The notes beneath the pieces are model-generated. The model was not told the origin of the DNA, made no database searches, and was given only the letters and a program-made list of their open reading frames with translations. Position numbers and translations under genes: made by a program. From NCBI RefSeq assembly GCF_009914755.1, contig NC_060941.1: DNA of 64,000 nt; one strand, written 5' to 3'. Positions 47,586-64,000 of this stretch are shown one piece after another. This DNA is from the human T2T-CHM13v2.0 reference genome, Homo sapiens. Each line of letters opens with the position of its first letter. The stretch's first letter is position 1.

Positions 47586-47842
47586 ATGGCTCTGTGCCAT
47601 GCTGCCTGTTTCTGACACAAATGAAAGAAAATCAGCTATTGAAGGAAGCAGGTCTCTAGATCTGACAGTCCATGTGTCTTCTCCCTCCAGGTCTCTGAAT
47701 TCCTAGGATATAGAGAAGGAGAAAAAATGTATAACAACTACCCCAGTCTAGAAATTTTAAAGCCATCACAGTTTGAAGTAAACTAGAAGAAATTCTGTGC
47801 TATTTGATGTTGTCAATTTAGCCCAGTAAAAACTGCATGCAA

Positions 47843-48151
<309 letters not shown>

Positions 48152-48807
48152 TTATGCAAGCAGAGGAACATAATTACAAATCAATTACAAAATTTTCCTG
48201 GCAACTAGATATGTGGGTCTCTCCAAGTTTATACCATCCTATAAAGGTATAAATACTCATTTTGAAAGCTTTAAGATTGGGAGCTCAGATTGTTCAAAAT
48301 ATTGATCAGATGTGGTATTTTCCATTTCAATTACCCACACACGAGATGTAGGATGTAGTCCATGAAGACTGTTACTTCCTTTGAGTTTATTGATCACCAA
48401 ATTGAGAGTGGGAACCCATTCCAACAAGTTCCAACATATTTAAAGGCAAGTATCTATTTACTACTAGTAAAGGCTCAATGTCATCAGCTTGGCTGTGTGA
48501 GCACCCTGAGAGCAGGAGCCAGCCTTAAACCTTCTGTGGTGCCCAGCAGAGTGACATATGTATGTAAGGAAAGTTTTCCTTCTTATATAGTGCTGACAAC
48601 CTCCTCCTAATACTACTTTATGATTGTGCATGATGTTTTATTGTGATCCACTTAAAACTCTTTTTGTAAAGGGGTAGGGCATCAACTTATTTGTATTATA
48701 TTAAAAATTACTATGTAGTAGAGTCCAAGGAGTTCCCATTGATTGATTAGTGTCTATTGTCCATGAGAAGCAGGGCTCCCCTCCAACATTAATTGCTAGG
48801 ATAAATT

Positions 48808-49099
48808 CTTTTTTTGAAGTGGGGTCTCAGTCTGTCACCCAGGCTGGAATGCAGTGGTGTGATCTCAGCTCACTGCAACCTCTGCCTCCCAGGCAAGTGA
48901 TTCTCCCACCTCAGCCTCCCCAGTAACTGGAACTGCAGGCATGTGCCACCATGCCTGGCTAATTTTTTGGCAGTTGTTGTTTTGTAGAGACAGAGTTTCA
49001 CCATGTTGGCCAGGCTGGTCTTGAACTCCTGGCCTCAGGGATCCACCCGCTCGGCCTCCCAAAGTGCTGGCATTATACGTATGAGCCACCATGCCCAGC
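48808..49099 (-). mobile_element. Alu
   Basis: Antisense dimer. Confidence 0.95.
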
Positions 49100-49148
49100 G
49101 TGGGGAAATGATTTTTTAAATAGACTTGTTATTGACACATAACAAACA

Positions 49149-49450
<302 letters not shown>

Positions 49451-49886
49451 CTACCTTGGTGAATTATCACAAAGTGAACATACCTGTGCAATCACTATCA
49501 AGAGAAAGAAATAGAACCTTGTCAGCTTCCCAAGAGGCCCCCTCCCACATTCCACTTGCCAAACACCCTCCCCCAGAGATTGTCATTATAGAGGAAGAAG
49601 CATCATCTTGTGTTTTGACAGCACAGCAGATGTTATGTAGGGTAGTCCTAGAAACTTGCCAGAGAAGAGATATTGTCGTATGATGAAACGAAACTCCAGG
49701 CTTGGAATAAGCCAAACCTTGATGTGACTTTGAGCAACATCTGTGAGTCTTAATTTTCTTAGCTATAAAATAGGAATGATAATACCTGCCTTATTATTTT
49801 TGAGCAAGGATGTTAGCGAATATAATGTAACGCGTATATATAAAATCTCTGGAATATAGGAAGCATTCAATAAAAGTGGTTGTATT

Positions 49887-50167
49887 GGCTGGGCACAGTG
49901 GCTCCCAGCACTTTGGGAGGCCAAGGAGGATGAATCATGAGGTCAGGAGATCGAGACCATCCTGGCCAACATGGTGAAACCCCATTTCTACTAAAAATAC
50001 AAAAATTAGCCGGGGGTGGTGGCATGCACCTGCAGTCCCAGCTACTCAGGAGGCTGAGGCAGGAGAATCGCTTTAACCTGGGAGGCAGAGGTTGCAGTGA
50101 ACCAAGATCACACCACTGCACTTCAGCCTGGTGACAGAGTGAGACTCCATCCGAAAAAAAAAAAAAA
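49887..50167 (+). mobile_element. Alu (AluSc-like)
   Basis: Perfect TSD aaaagtggttgtatt. Confidence 0.95.
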
Positions 50168-51589
50168 GTGGTTGTATTAGGGCATGCATCTTGGGCTCCA
50201 AAGCAGCTTCAATGGGTGTCACATTCAGTCTCACCTAAAATGATGAGCTTTGTGAGAAGAGCAGCAGCTTCATACAAGAGAATCTCAGAAACACACACAC
50301 TACCTATTTCACAGGCAGAAGTCCATGGAAATAAACTCACACAACCCATCTATACAAAAAGCGTGACTTCTATGCAAACATCCCAGTTCTGACTTCCTAA
50401 GTTGAGTATCTTTTTTCTCTTGGAGGTGGTGTATGGGACTTGATGAAATTCATTTATATGAAAAACATACGCCAAATATCATGATAGGCATTGTGTAGCT
50501 CTTGCACTTTAGCTGGTCCCAATAGTTGGAGGCTGACCCAGGCAAGCCCAAGTAACTCTTAGAAGATTCCCGTAGGGTGGGCTGGAAGCTGGGAACTGAC
50601 TGAAAACATTGAGCTCATCCATCATGTGCCTGGAGTTTTTAAATAGAGTTGTTGTTGCCACAAATCTGAAAATTTGGTGCAGCTAAATAATTTAAAACAA
50701 AGGAGCAACCTGGCTGCTCTTTTCCTTAGAGAACTCTCAGTTCTCTCTTGCCACCAGCTTCAAGAGCCATCCAGGGCAATGGTATGGGGTAGGGGTTCAG
50801 GAACAGCCCACGGATTGGGTCCCTACTGTGCCAGGGTCTGACCTTGAGCTCCCAGAAAATGAAAAGATTTTCATTTCATTTTCACAGAGAGGGCAAGCTT
50901 TTGCCCCAGATACCAGTGAATTAGGACAAAAGGGCTTCAGTTCAAGCACTTACTTCCTAATTCCCTATCACCAGGGCTCTAAGGAACATCCACATACCAG
51001 ACTAGCTTCCAGAGGGACGAACAATTCCTAGGACAAAGTCAGTCTCAGAAAGACTGGGGGTGGGGGGCAGAAAAACGTGAGCTGCTCATCCATTCATCCA
51101 GGGCTTGGTTCTTCTTGGGTGAAAAGGGATTACCAGGTCTCTGTCTTCCAAAGTATGTCCATTTCCTCCGACTGCTCTAACACCTCTTCTGGGTGAAAGG
51201 AAAAGGCAAGCAGGTAATATCTGCCACTCTCCCCCATCTCCTGCACTTATTCTTCACTTCCTTCTTCTATTACCCATCTTGTAATTTCTGTGTCCCTCAA
51301 AAGTCCGCATGCCTCATCGATTCATTCAGCAAACATGCATTGGACATTTCCAAAGCGTAAAGAACTAGGCTGGTCATTGTCGAGAATATAGACGCAAATG
51401 ATTCCCACCTTCACTAAGCCTGTGGCCTAGAAGGCATGCACACAAATGGCTATACTTTTATATAATTCCAGAAGTGTCCTAAGAAAGATACGGGTAGCTG
51501 CAAGGGAGTGACCCAGGAAGAAAAGGTCATGTCTGACTGAATTTGAAATGTCCTCTCTCACTTATGGCTTCTGATTAAAGTTAACCTCC

Positions 51590-51943
<354 letters not shown>

Positions 51944-53178
51944 CTAGCTCCCTCCCCATGGGACTGTCACCTATTAATCCTAGGGAAAGGTCTGGATACA
52001 ACAGTGTTCTCCTTCCCTGCCAGAAAATTGTACAAGAGAAAGACAAATAAAACAGCAAAAGACCATACTCGCCATTCTGTGTTCCTCTCTCATTCTCTAT
52101 CCCACAGGTGCTTCTTTTATTTTTTTTTCGATGAAACAATGATAATGATAATGGTATGCAAATTTGTCCTCAAAAGAATCCAAATTAGCAGAAAAATCCA
52201 TGCCCTGTAAGTGAAGAGAGTTTTGTTTTCAAAGCGCACTAGTTCCATTTCTCAAAGATTTCTATTGTCAGCTCAGGAACAAACAAGAAAGCCAAGAAAA
52301 GCTAGCTGCTCCCTGTATAATATTTCCACTGGCTTGTTTTCCTCTCTTGCTTGCTCTGAAGGCTTACAGATAAACAAATGAAGTGTATATTACATCACTG
52401 GCAATCTGGTGCCGTCTGGGACTCCTTTGGCTGATAGGTCGGTCCTGCCCAGATCCCAGAGCAGGCAGCTGGTGTGGGGAGTGGTGGTGCCTGCTAGTTC
52501 TCTTAGGATAACCTCAGCAGGAAATGATGGTGACTCAGTCCAGCGCCTCAAAGTCGTTTTCCAAACTCTCCAGGCTTTCCTCTCCTAAGCATCCTTTCCT
52601 TTAATTTGTGGTCCCTGGGGCCTTTTGTGAGAAAATGTCTGAGACTCACTTGTGTTGCTGCCCTAATGTTTCCTCTTATAAGCTGTTCTAGGGAGGGACG
52701 TCCTTCAGTTTCAGGGCAGGAAACTCCGCCTTACTGGGTGGAAGTAAACAGCCAGAGGTGAGCACCAGGCTGGAGAATTGTTGAAGTGGGCATTTGAAGT
52801 GGCTCTAAATTTATCCCAATACCCTTCTTGCTTCCTTCCTCCTCTTCTCAGGCAAGAGAAACAGTCTGTAGAGACTGCGAGTGCGAATGGAGATCACAGC
52901 TCCTTGTTAACTCACTCAGGCAATGTAGTTCCCAGCTGGGAGTGGCCCTGGACATCCTCCTATCTCTTAACCAGAGGAGGTTTTCTGGGGCCAAGAGAGA
53001 CAGCTCCAAGCAAACAGATCTGGAAAATATTAACCCCTAACTGATGACACCAGGCCTCACCCTGCTCCTAAAGGGAGCAAGGCCTTGAGTGGTGCAGTGA
53101 AAATAACTTGAGACGTGCAGGGCTCAAGAATTCTCCCAGCACATGGTTCCTGACCTTGATTTCTAAGTCAGCTCCCTC

Positions 53179-53244
53179 CCTTCTCATTTGCTTATCAGCG
53201 CCTTTTCATTTGCTTATTAGCACCTTCTCATTTGCTTATTAGCA
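53179..53244. repeat. 3 x 22-bp tandem repeat
   Basis: ccttctcatttgcttatcagcg / ccttttcatttgcttattagca / ccttctcatttgcttattagca. Confidence 0.9.
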
Positions 53245-53383
53245 GACAGTTTCTACCCATCAACATGAGGATGCTATTTAATCATTTGTGCTTTTGCAAA
53301 TGCACATGCTTTTAGGTATCTGAAACCAAGCTGTGCTTAAGTTCAAATTTTCTCTTACTTGCTAGCCTTCTGCCCCTGGCCAC

Positions 53384-53451
53384 CACACACACAGACACAC
53401 AGACACACACACACACACACACACACATGCCTGCACATGCACACATACGCA
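53384..53451. repeat. Interrupted (CA)n
   Basis: cacacacacagacacacagacacac... Confidence 0.9.
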
Positions 53452-53526
53452 CCCTTCCTCTCATGAGCTGTGGGCAGGGCCAGTGATCATCCGTTTTTGT
53501 TCTCTGTCTCCCCTTAGCTTTTGTTA

Positions 53527-53946
<420 letters not shown>

Positions 53947-54417
53947 TCATTTATTAGAGCAGTACCCCTAGGGGAGAGTCAGGAACTGGTAACACCTTCC
54001 CCAAGCTCACAGTGAGAAGCAGTGTAAGCTTTGGAAGGGAATAAAGTCTGGTACACAGTCCAGATGAGGCAGACACCCCCTTTCAGCCCCTGGAGTCTCC
54101 CTCCTCGCCTCCCCCATGCCTTTACCCAGATCCTTCCTCCTTCTCTGGGTCCCACCTCAGGTTTCATTTGGTTATCAGGTAAGAAATATTAAAAATCATC
54201 TCTGCACTATAATCCAAAGGGACCCAGTAAGACTAATAATTGTTCCCAATACATTATCCAAATAAGCATATGGTTTATTTCTGCAGCACTTTACAGTTTG
54301 CGAAACACTTTAATATATGCCAAGACATTTTATACTTAACATATGCTTTTTCCAGAAGATGTTACTATTAAACTAATTAATGTCCATATTAATAGGACAG
54401 GGAAACAAAGGCCAGAT

Positions 54418-54868
<451 letters not shown>

Positions 54869-56450
54869 TTAATCTCATTTTACAGATGAGTAAACTGAGG
54901 CATGGAGACATTAAGAAATTTGCCTATAGTCAAATCCAAGCAAGGTAGACAGGCAGAGGGATAGAGTCAGGAGAGGACAAGGGGCTTCACCAAGAGGGTC
55001 ACAGATGGTCACTACTTTAGGGCATTGACAGCAGTCCATTGTGTGGCCTTCAGCTCTGTAGAGCTGGTTTTGCTCACTCACTCAAGAGTGGCTCCATCTC
55101 TCCAGTCAGGCTGATGTTAATCAGACTCACAAGACATGTATTGCCCTAGATGCCAAGCCACATTATAATCAGGAGATTTTTTTGTTCGCTAAGCATGAAA
55201 TCCAGGGGAAAAAATGGAACTTGGAGGATTCAAATGTTTAATGCTATCAGGCTGACATGAGTTGGTAGCTGGCTACACTATAGGCACAGCCTCAATCTAC
55301 GACCCCACTGGCCCCTTCTACCCTTAGGTCCTCTCCCCTACCCCTTGCCCCACCTCTGCCTCCCTCAGCTGTATATATTTAACTGCCTTGGGCCGGACAG
55401 TCATTCTATTCTCTCCAGGTCTGTATTTCCTGCAATCCTTTAAGAACTCCTTGCCTTTGAGCTTGAGAATTCCCTGGACTTGACCTGGTTATGGGGAGGG
55501 AAAGGGAAGGGATGTTCCGTTCATCATCGCCAGAGTTGTCATTTCATACTTCTTCCTCCAATCTCACTCAAGGCCTGTGTCAGAGCCTTAGGGACTTGGA
55601 TTTCAGGGGCAAGAACCATGGAAGAGTAGAAAGGTGATTGGGGACATTTCCTTATACCCCACCACCACCCCTGTTCACAAGCTCCCCTTGAAATCTGATA
55701 TTTCTGCCTGAGAATCCTGAGAATCAATTCAGCAAACATTTACTGCGCACCACATGCCAGTCCCCAGGAACAAAACCCACTCTTCATTCCCCAAGGAGCT
55801 GCGTCCAGCAGGCTGGGTGGATCAGAGGGATGGCACAGGCAGAGATGGCTCAGGCCACATCTGACTGCAGCTCAGTGTGCCACGTGGACCTTGGTGCCCA
55901 TGAAGGTCAAAGACCTCTAGTCCCATATAGTGGGAAGCTGAGCCCTTGGGGACCAGGTCAAAAGCTTGCAGCTCTCGAGGCTGCCAACTTCTGGCTCCTG
56001 GCTGATTGACGGATCTGAGGGGTTATAAAGCCCAAAGTCCCAGGATGGGGCCCCACCTCTGAAGGTCAGAGGGCTCTGAGCCCCTCAACACAGGGATCCC
56101 TTCAAGCCCATGTCCAAGAAAGGAAGAGACTCCTGTTGCACTTCTGAGAAGTGCCCAGTGCAAAGACCCCTGTCCAATTGTGGCAGAGTCCAACACATAG
56201 AAACTAAGCTGGATCCCTTCCATGACCATCTCCAAAGACATGGGCTGAAAAACACTCAACCAAACCCAAAACACCAGGATCCCAGCCCTTGGGATGACAG
56301 TGTGGCACACAAAGAGAGGCTTGGGAAAACAGAGGGGCACGCCACGTGAGCTCTGCAGGCATGTCCTCCAGGACCCTCACTCTCCTTTCCCTGAAACCAG
56401 GTCTCCTCCAGACAGCAGGCACATGAGAACCAGCATAGCATAGGCCCTGA

Positions 56451-56641
56451 CCATCACCTGTCCTGACCACCACCTGTGCTGTCTACCACCTGTCCTGTTC
56501 ACCACTGGTTCCATCCACCACCTGCCCCATCCATCACTTGTTCTGTCCACCACCTGTCTTGTCTACTGCCTTCCCTCTTCACCCTCATCCTGTTCACTAC
56601 CTGCCCTGTCCACCACCTGTCCTGACCACCTTCTGCCCTGC
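56451..56641. repeat. Degenerate 16-bp minisatellite, about 12 copies (consensus ccaccacctgtcctgt)
   Basis: Units read in register from 56451 (ccatcacctgtcctga, ccaccacctgtgctgt, ctaccacctgtcctgt, ...). Confidence 0.9.
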
Positions 56642-56889
56642 TCACTGATTTTCTTAGAGTAGGAGGCAGCTCATTAGCAGAGAAAGAGAACTGGGCTTTG
56701 AGTACCAAAGAACCAAGCTTTATCCCTGTCTCTGCTGTTAGCCAGCTGTACATTCTAGGTCATTCCATTCCAACAGCACTTTCCAACTTGCAGAAAACTT
56801 GCATATAAATCATTTCGGTTGAATTCCCCAGCACTGTGTGTAAAGAGAACAGGCATTATTCTTGACTGCAAAAGGGGAAATCTTGTGAT

Positions 56890-57710
<821 letters not shown>

Positions 57711-58212
57711 ATGGTAATCCAGGGCAAGGCTGAGTCCCAGCATTTTCAAATCTTTAATGAGAAGTGCCTGAAAAGAAATGAAGAGAACTTGTCACAGTCC
57801 CACCTGAACTGGCCTCTTGGTGCCTCACACATAGTGTCATTTAAGACTAAATAACTGGATTTGGGTTATTAATGACTGGACTTGGGAAACAAACTGCTGT
57901 CACCCTATGAAGCGATAGGCTTATTGGGGCTGCAGAGCCAGACCTCCCTCTATGGGTGGGAGTAGAATTTTCTCTGAAGGAAATAGATGATCCAACTGTG
58001 GACCATCCAGGGAAGAGGTTGATTGGAGCAGGGAATGAGGATTCAGGAAGCTGACGGAGCTCAGACAGGAATGAGGGGAAGCTCTTCCGCCTCTCTTAAG
58101 GACCATGGTTAGCTGCTATGGAGACGCCTGAATTTTTCCATTGCTGTGTAGGGCGTGTCAGCCCAGGGCTACATGAACACAGATGAGAAGTGAGGCAGAA
58201 AAGCACCAAACA

Positions 58213-58360
58213 AGGCCAACTTTATGAGTATGCCACCTACAAAGTCACATAACGCCCTGCACTTAGAAGGGCCCTGCATTTGGTTTAACACTTTGCATTC
58301 GCCATCTTTAAAGTCTTAATAATGTTTGTACAAGGACCCCTGTATTTTTATTTTATATAG
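58213..58360. mobile_element. MER53-like hAT relic
   Basis: gcacttagaagggccctgcatttggtttaa...tcttaataatgtttgtacaagg. Confidence 0.65.
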
Positions 58361-58802
58361 CCATTCTTGCTGTCAGATAAAAACCCCTGCAAGGTCTGAG
58401 CCTGGCTCTGTGGGGTAGTTTTGAGCTATTCCCTGGGGCACCTCTGCCTTCTGATGGCCTCACACCACGCCTGGTTTTGGATGTGCCTCGAGTAACCAGG
58501 GAAGAGTCATCTTATGCTTTGGGCCAGATGGCAAAGGAGTGGGCAGCACCACAGTGGCATTCACTGTCGAGGGGTGGTTGCGTCCCCAGGACAGCATCTG
58601 CGAGGGTCACGGGCAGCAGGAAGTGTGGCCTGGAAGGCAGATCAGACAGTCCGAAGGTGGGTGGGTGGGCAAGTCCTCAGGGGTAAGTGGCTGTGACAGA
58701 GGCAGGGGAAGAAGTAGACAGGGATCATGTTTGTGATCTGAGCATTGTGCTGAAAAAACAATAAGTTCATATTGGTGGCTATTAGTGAATAATGAGAGTC
58801 AT

Positions 58803-59150
<348 letters not shown>

Positions 59151-59223
59151 TGAAAAATGAAAAACAAAGAAAAAATTTCCTGTGATGCCAGTGTTTCAAA
59201 ATACATATCTTAAAAATAAAAAT

Positions 59224-59558
<335 letters not shown>

Positions 59559-59573
59559 TTATACATATGTGTG

Positions 59574-59574
<1 letters not shown>

Positions 59575-59621
<47 letters not shown>
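59575..59621. repeat. (GATA)n tetranucleotide STR, about 11-12 units
   Basis: gatagatagataga... Confidence 0.95.
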
Positions 59622-59879
59622 CCATCATAGGAATTTTGTTATACACATTTTTACCTTCATTCTTTTTAATCACTACATAGAATTCCATTGTATAGATAAG
59701 TGAAAATTCATGGTTTATTCTGAAATTTTGAAACTCATAGAAAGGTACAAAAACTAGAAGAACAAAAAGAAAATGACACATGTACCTACCATCTATATTT
59801 ACTAAATGCTAACATTTTGCCTTAAAAAAAAAAAAAAAGAAGGCTCCTATAGGTAGCTGGGATCCACTTTGCAAGATAG

Positions 59880-60207
<328 letters not shown>

Positions 60208-60816
60208 TAGTTTGGTTACTTTGAAATCACAGCCTGATGGGTCTGCGGCACTTTTAGTTACACTCCATTTCGTAGAAGAGAAAAGAGATCTGAGAGACAT
60301 TCAGTGGTTGTTCAAGGGCACTCAGCAGGGAATAAAAGAGAAACCCCAATCCAAGCTTCAACTCCAGACCCTAACTCTTCTCCTTATCCCTCCCTAGATT
60401 CCCAAGGTCCTTAGGAAAGGGAAGGCTTGGACTGGAAGCTCCCCCAAACCCCTTTATCACTGACCTCCAGAAATGCTAGTGAAGCCCAGGTGACAATCTC
60501 AGCCTGGCCCAGGATAAACACCAAAGCAAAATCAATGCCAGTGGGAGATATTCATTCACAAAGTGGATTCAAGACCCTGCGTGCAGAGCTGCTCAGATGA
60601 AGCAGGCCCAAATGCAGTTAGTCACCGTTAATTGGGTCTCAGGAGTGGAGGAGCAAACAACAGCATCCCCTGGGGATTTGCCTCCATCAACCCAAGTGCA
60701 GGGTAAGAAGCCCAGGAAAGCAAGCCAAGCTTTGCAAGCACCAGCACTGCCCCTGGGCAGACTCTCCTTCACTCTATCTCCACGTTCTCTCCCATTTGCC
60801 CTCATATCTTGTTATA

Positions 60817-61411
<595 letters not shown>

Positions 61412-61640
61412 TCTTCTAGTATTTTAAGCTGACTTACTGTACCTACATCTCCACTGGTTCTTTCCCTTGCCACCTGCCAGACAGCTGGATGTTACAGTGC
61501 AAGGATGCAAGGTCTCTGGGTCGCAGTCCTTCTTTGCTTATTATTAATTTTGCAGAGGCTGTGTGAAGTTTGAAATAAGTGCACCGTCTGAATTTCACAA
61601 CTCTTTCCACTGAACTGAGGGAAGGCACCGGGCAGTATAG

Positions 61641-62354
<714 letters not shown>

Positions 62355-62940
62355 TGATTGCTTCAAGGGTCCCTTTCACAACTACTGGAGAGCTCCACAG
62401 CTCTCATTAGTGACAACCTTCATCAGCCTCCAAACAAAGAGGGTCACTAGAGGCCCTCAGGGGAAGCCTCACTACACCAGCGGAGATGTGATGGAGCGGG
62501 TCCATGCCTGGAGAACAGTGTGAACCGGATCCATGGCTGCCAATTCTCAGTCCATACCTAAGTACCAGCCCCTGACAAGTACCAACTGATGTGTAGGAAA
62601 CGATACACACACATCAGTAGATGTTGGCATAAAGTTACCAACTGTCCTTTCTTAGGAAATACTGTCTATTATCCTGAGACTTGGGGTGCTCAAAGCTCCT
62701 TTCTTTTATGAAATTATGGTGACAATGGATTGTTGAATAGAAACTTTGTTAAGCAACCCCTCACTTAACCAACTTATTAGGTCAACCAATACCCTTCAGT
62801 CTCTTACTGGAGCACACTGACTAAGCCTGAGGCACAGAGTGCTCACAGCTGGCAGGCTCTTCTCTGCTCTCACAGTTGTGGTACCTGGTTAACAAGAATG
62901 CATTTGGGCCCATACTTGCTTATGCTGGTCATACGTGTTA

Positions 62941-63331
<391 letters not shown>

Positions 63332-63739
63332 CTATTGACCAATAAAATAAGAGTGTAAAAAAAAAGAGAACGGTTATCTCTACAAAAACTAAACTGCTTT
63401 GGAAAGACACTATAAAAGCCTGTCACTTTTTAAAATGCTATCAAATTAGGAATGAATGAGAGAACTGTAAAATATCGGAAAGAAATGCATAAAAATGAAG
63501 AAAGATTTTGCAATCAGGTGGCTTCATAAGTTTCTAGAATTTCTTGCTTCATGTTAAAGAAACTGGAACTGAAACCCCAGGATCATGTGTGTGTGGTTTG
63601 TGCTTCAGGAAAGGCAATGGGCCCCACTTTTCAGCAGACTTGTAAGCAAAGCAAAGGCTTTAGGTCTACATCAAAATACTTGCTAATAACTACACATTTA
63701 GATATTTTAAGTCAAAATAAAACATGTAGAGGAAAAATA

Positions 63740-64000
63740 GCCTTGGCGCAGTGGCTCAAACCCGTAATCTCAGCACTTTGGAAGGCTGAGGCAGATGGAT
63801 TACTTGAAGTCAGTTCAAGACCAGCCTGGCCAACATGGTGAAACCCTGTCTCTACTAAAAATACAAAATTAACCAGGTGTGGGCGAGTGTGGTAGCTGAC
63901 ACCTGTAATCCCAGCACTTTGGGAGGTCGAGGTGGGCAGATCACCTGAGGTCAGAAGTTCAAGACCAGCCTGACCAACATGGTGAAGCCCCGTTTCTACT
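63740..64000 (+). mobile_element. Alu left arm with a second Alu starting at about 63880 (cut by window edge)
   Basis: A second cctgtaatcccagcactttggg appears where a right arm is expected. Confidence 0.9.

Noticed and set aside
56451-56641. CRISPR-like reading of the periodic repeat
   Set aside because: Eukaryotic context; the units are contiguous, with no unique spacers and no cas genes.

Overview
Human (primate) genomic DNA, very rich in repeats: about 55 Alu elements or fragments (roughly a quarter of the window), plus ERV1/MaLR LTRs, L1, HAL1, L2, MIR and hAT DNA-transposon relics. The only protein-coding sequence I can support is a 72-nt first coding exon at 46316-46387 (+), MDLQRPDSYQGGAGPDFNDHVLHK, followed by a GT donor and lying in a CpG island. 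I recognise it from memory as the N-terminus of the distal-promoter isoform of RAB37 (CD300 cluster, 17q25.1). Bases 1-45.7k are therefore intergenic/upstream, and 46.4-64k is the start of the long RAB37 intron 1. From recall, not visible here, CD300E lies to the left and CD300LF is nested further right. The other ORFs in the track look like Alu or simple-repeat artefacts or chance ORFs. Most notable observations: (1) a cluster of REST/RE1 motifs, one near-canonical and one with a compressed spacer, just upstream of the RAB37 start codon; (2) a SNORD112-like box C/D snoRNA remnant at the 3' end of an ancient L1; (3) an AT-rich junction built from inverted and templated copies of nearby sequence; (4) uORFs plus a 120-codon open in-frame leader; (5) a 16-bp E-box minisatellite and several extreme non-B-DNA tracts. 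Repeat family names come from recalled consensus sequences, and their boundaries are approximate.
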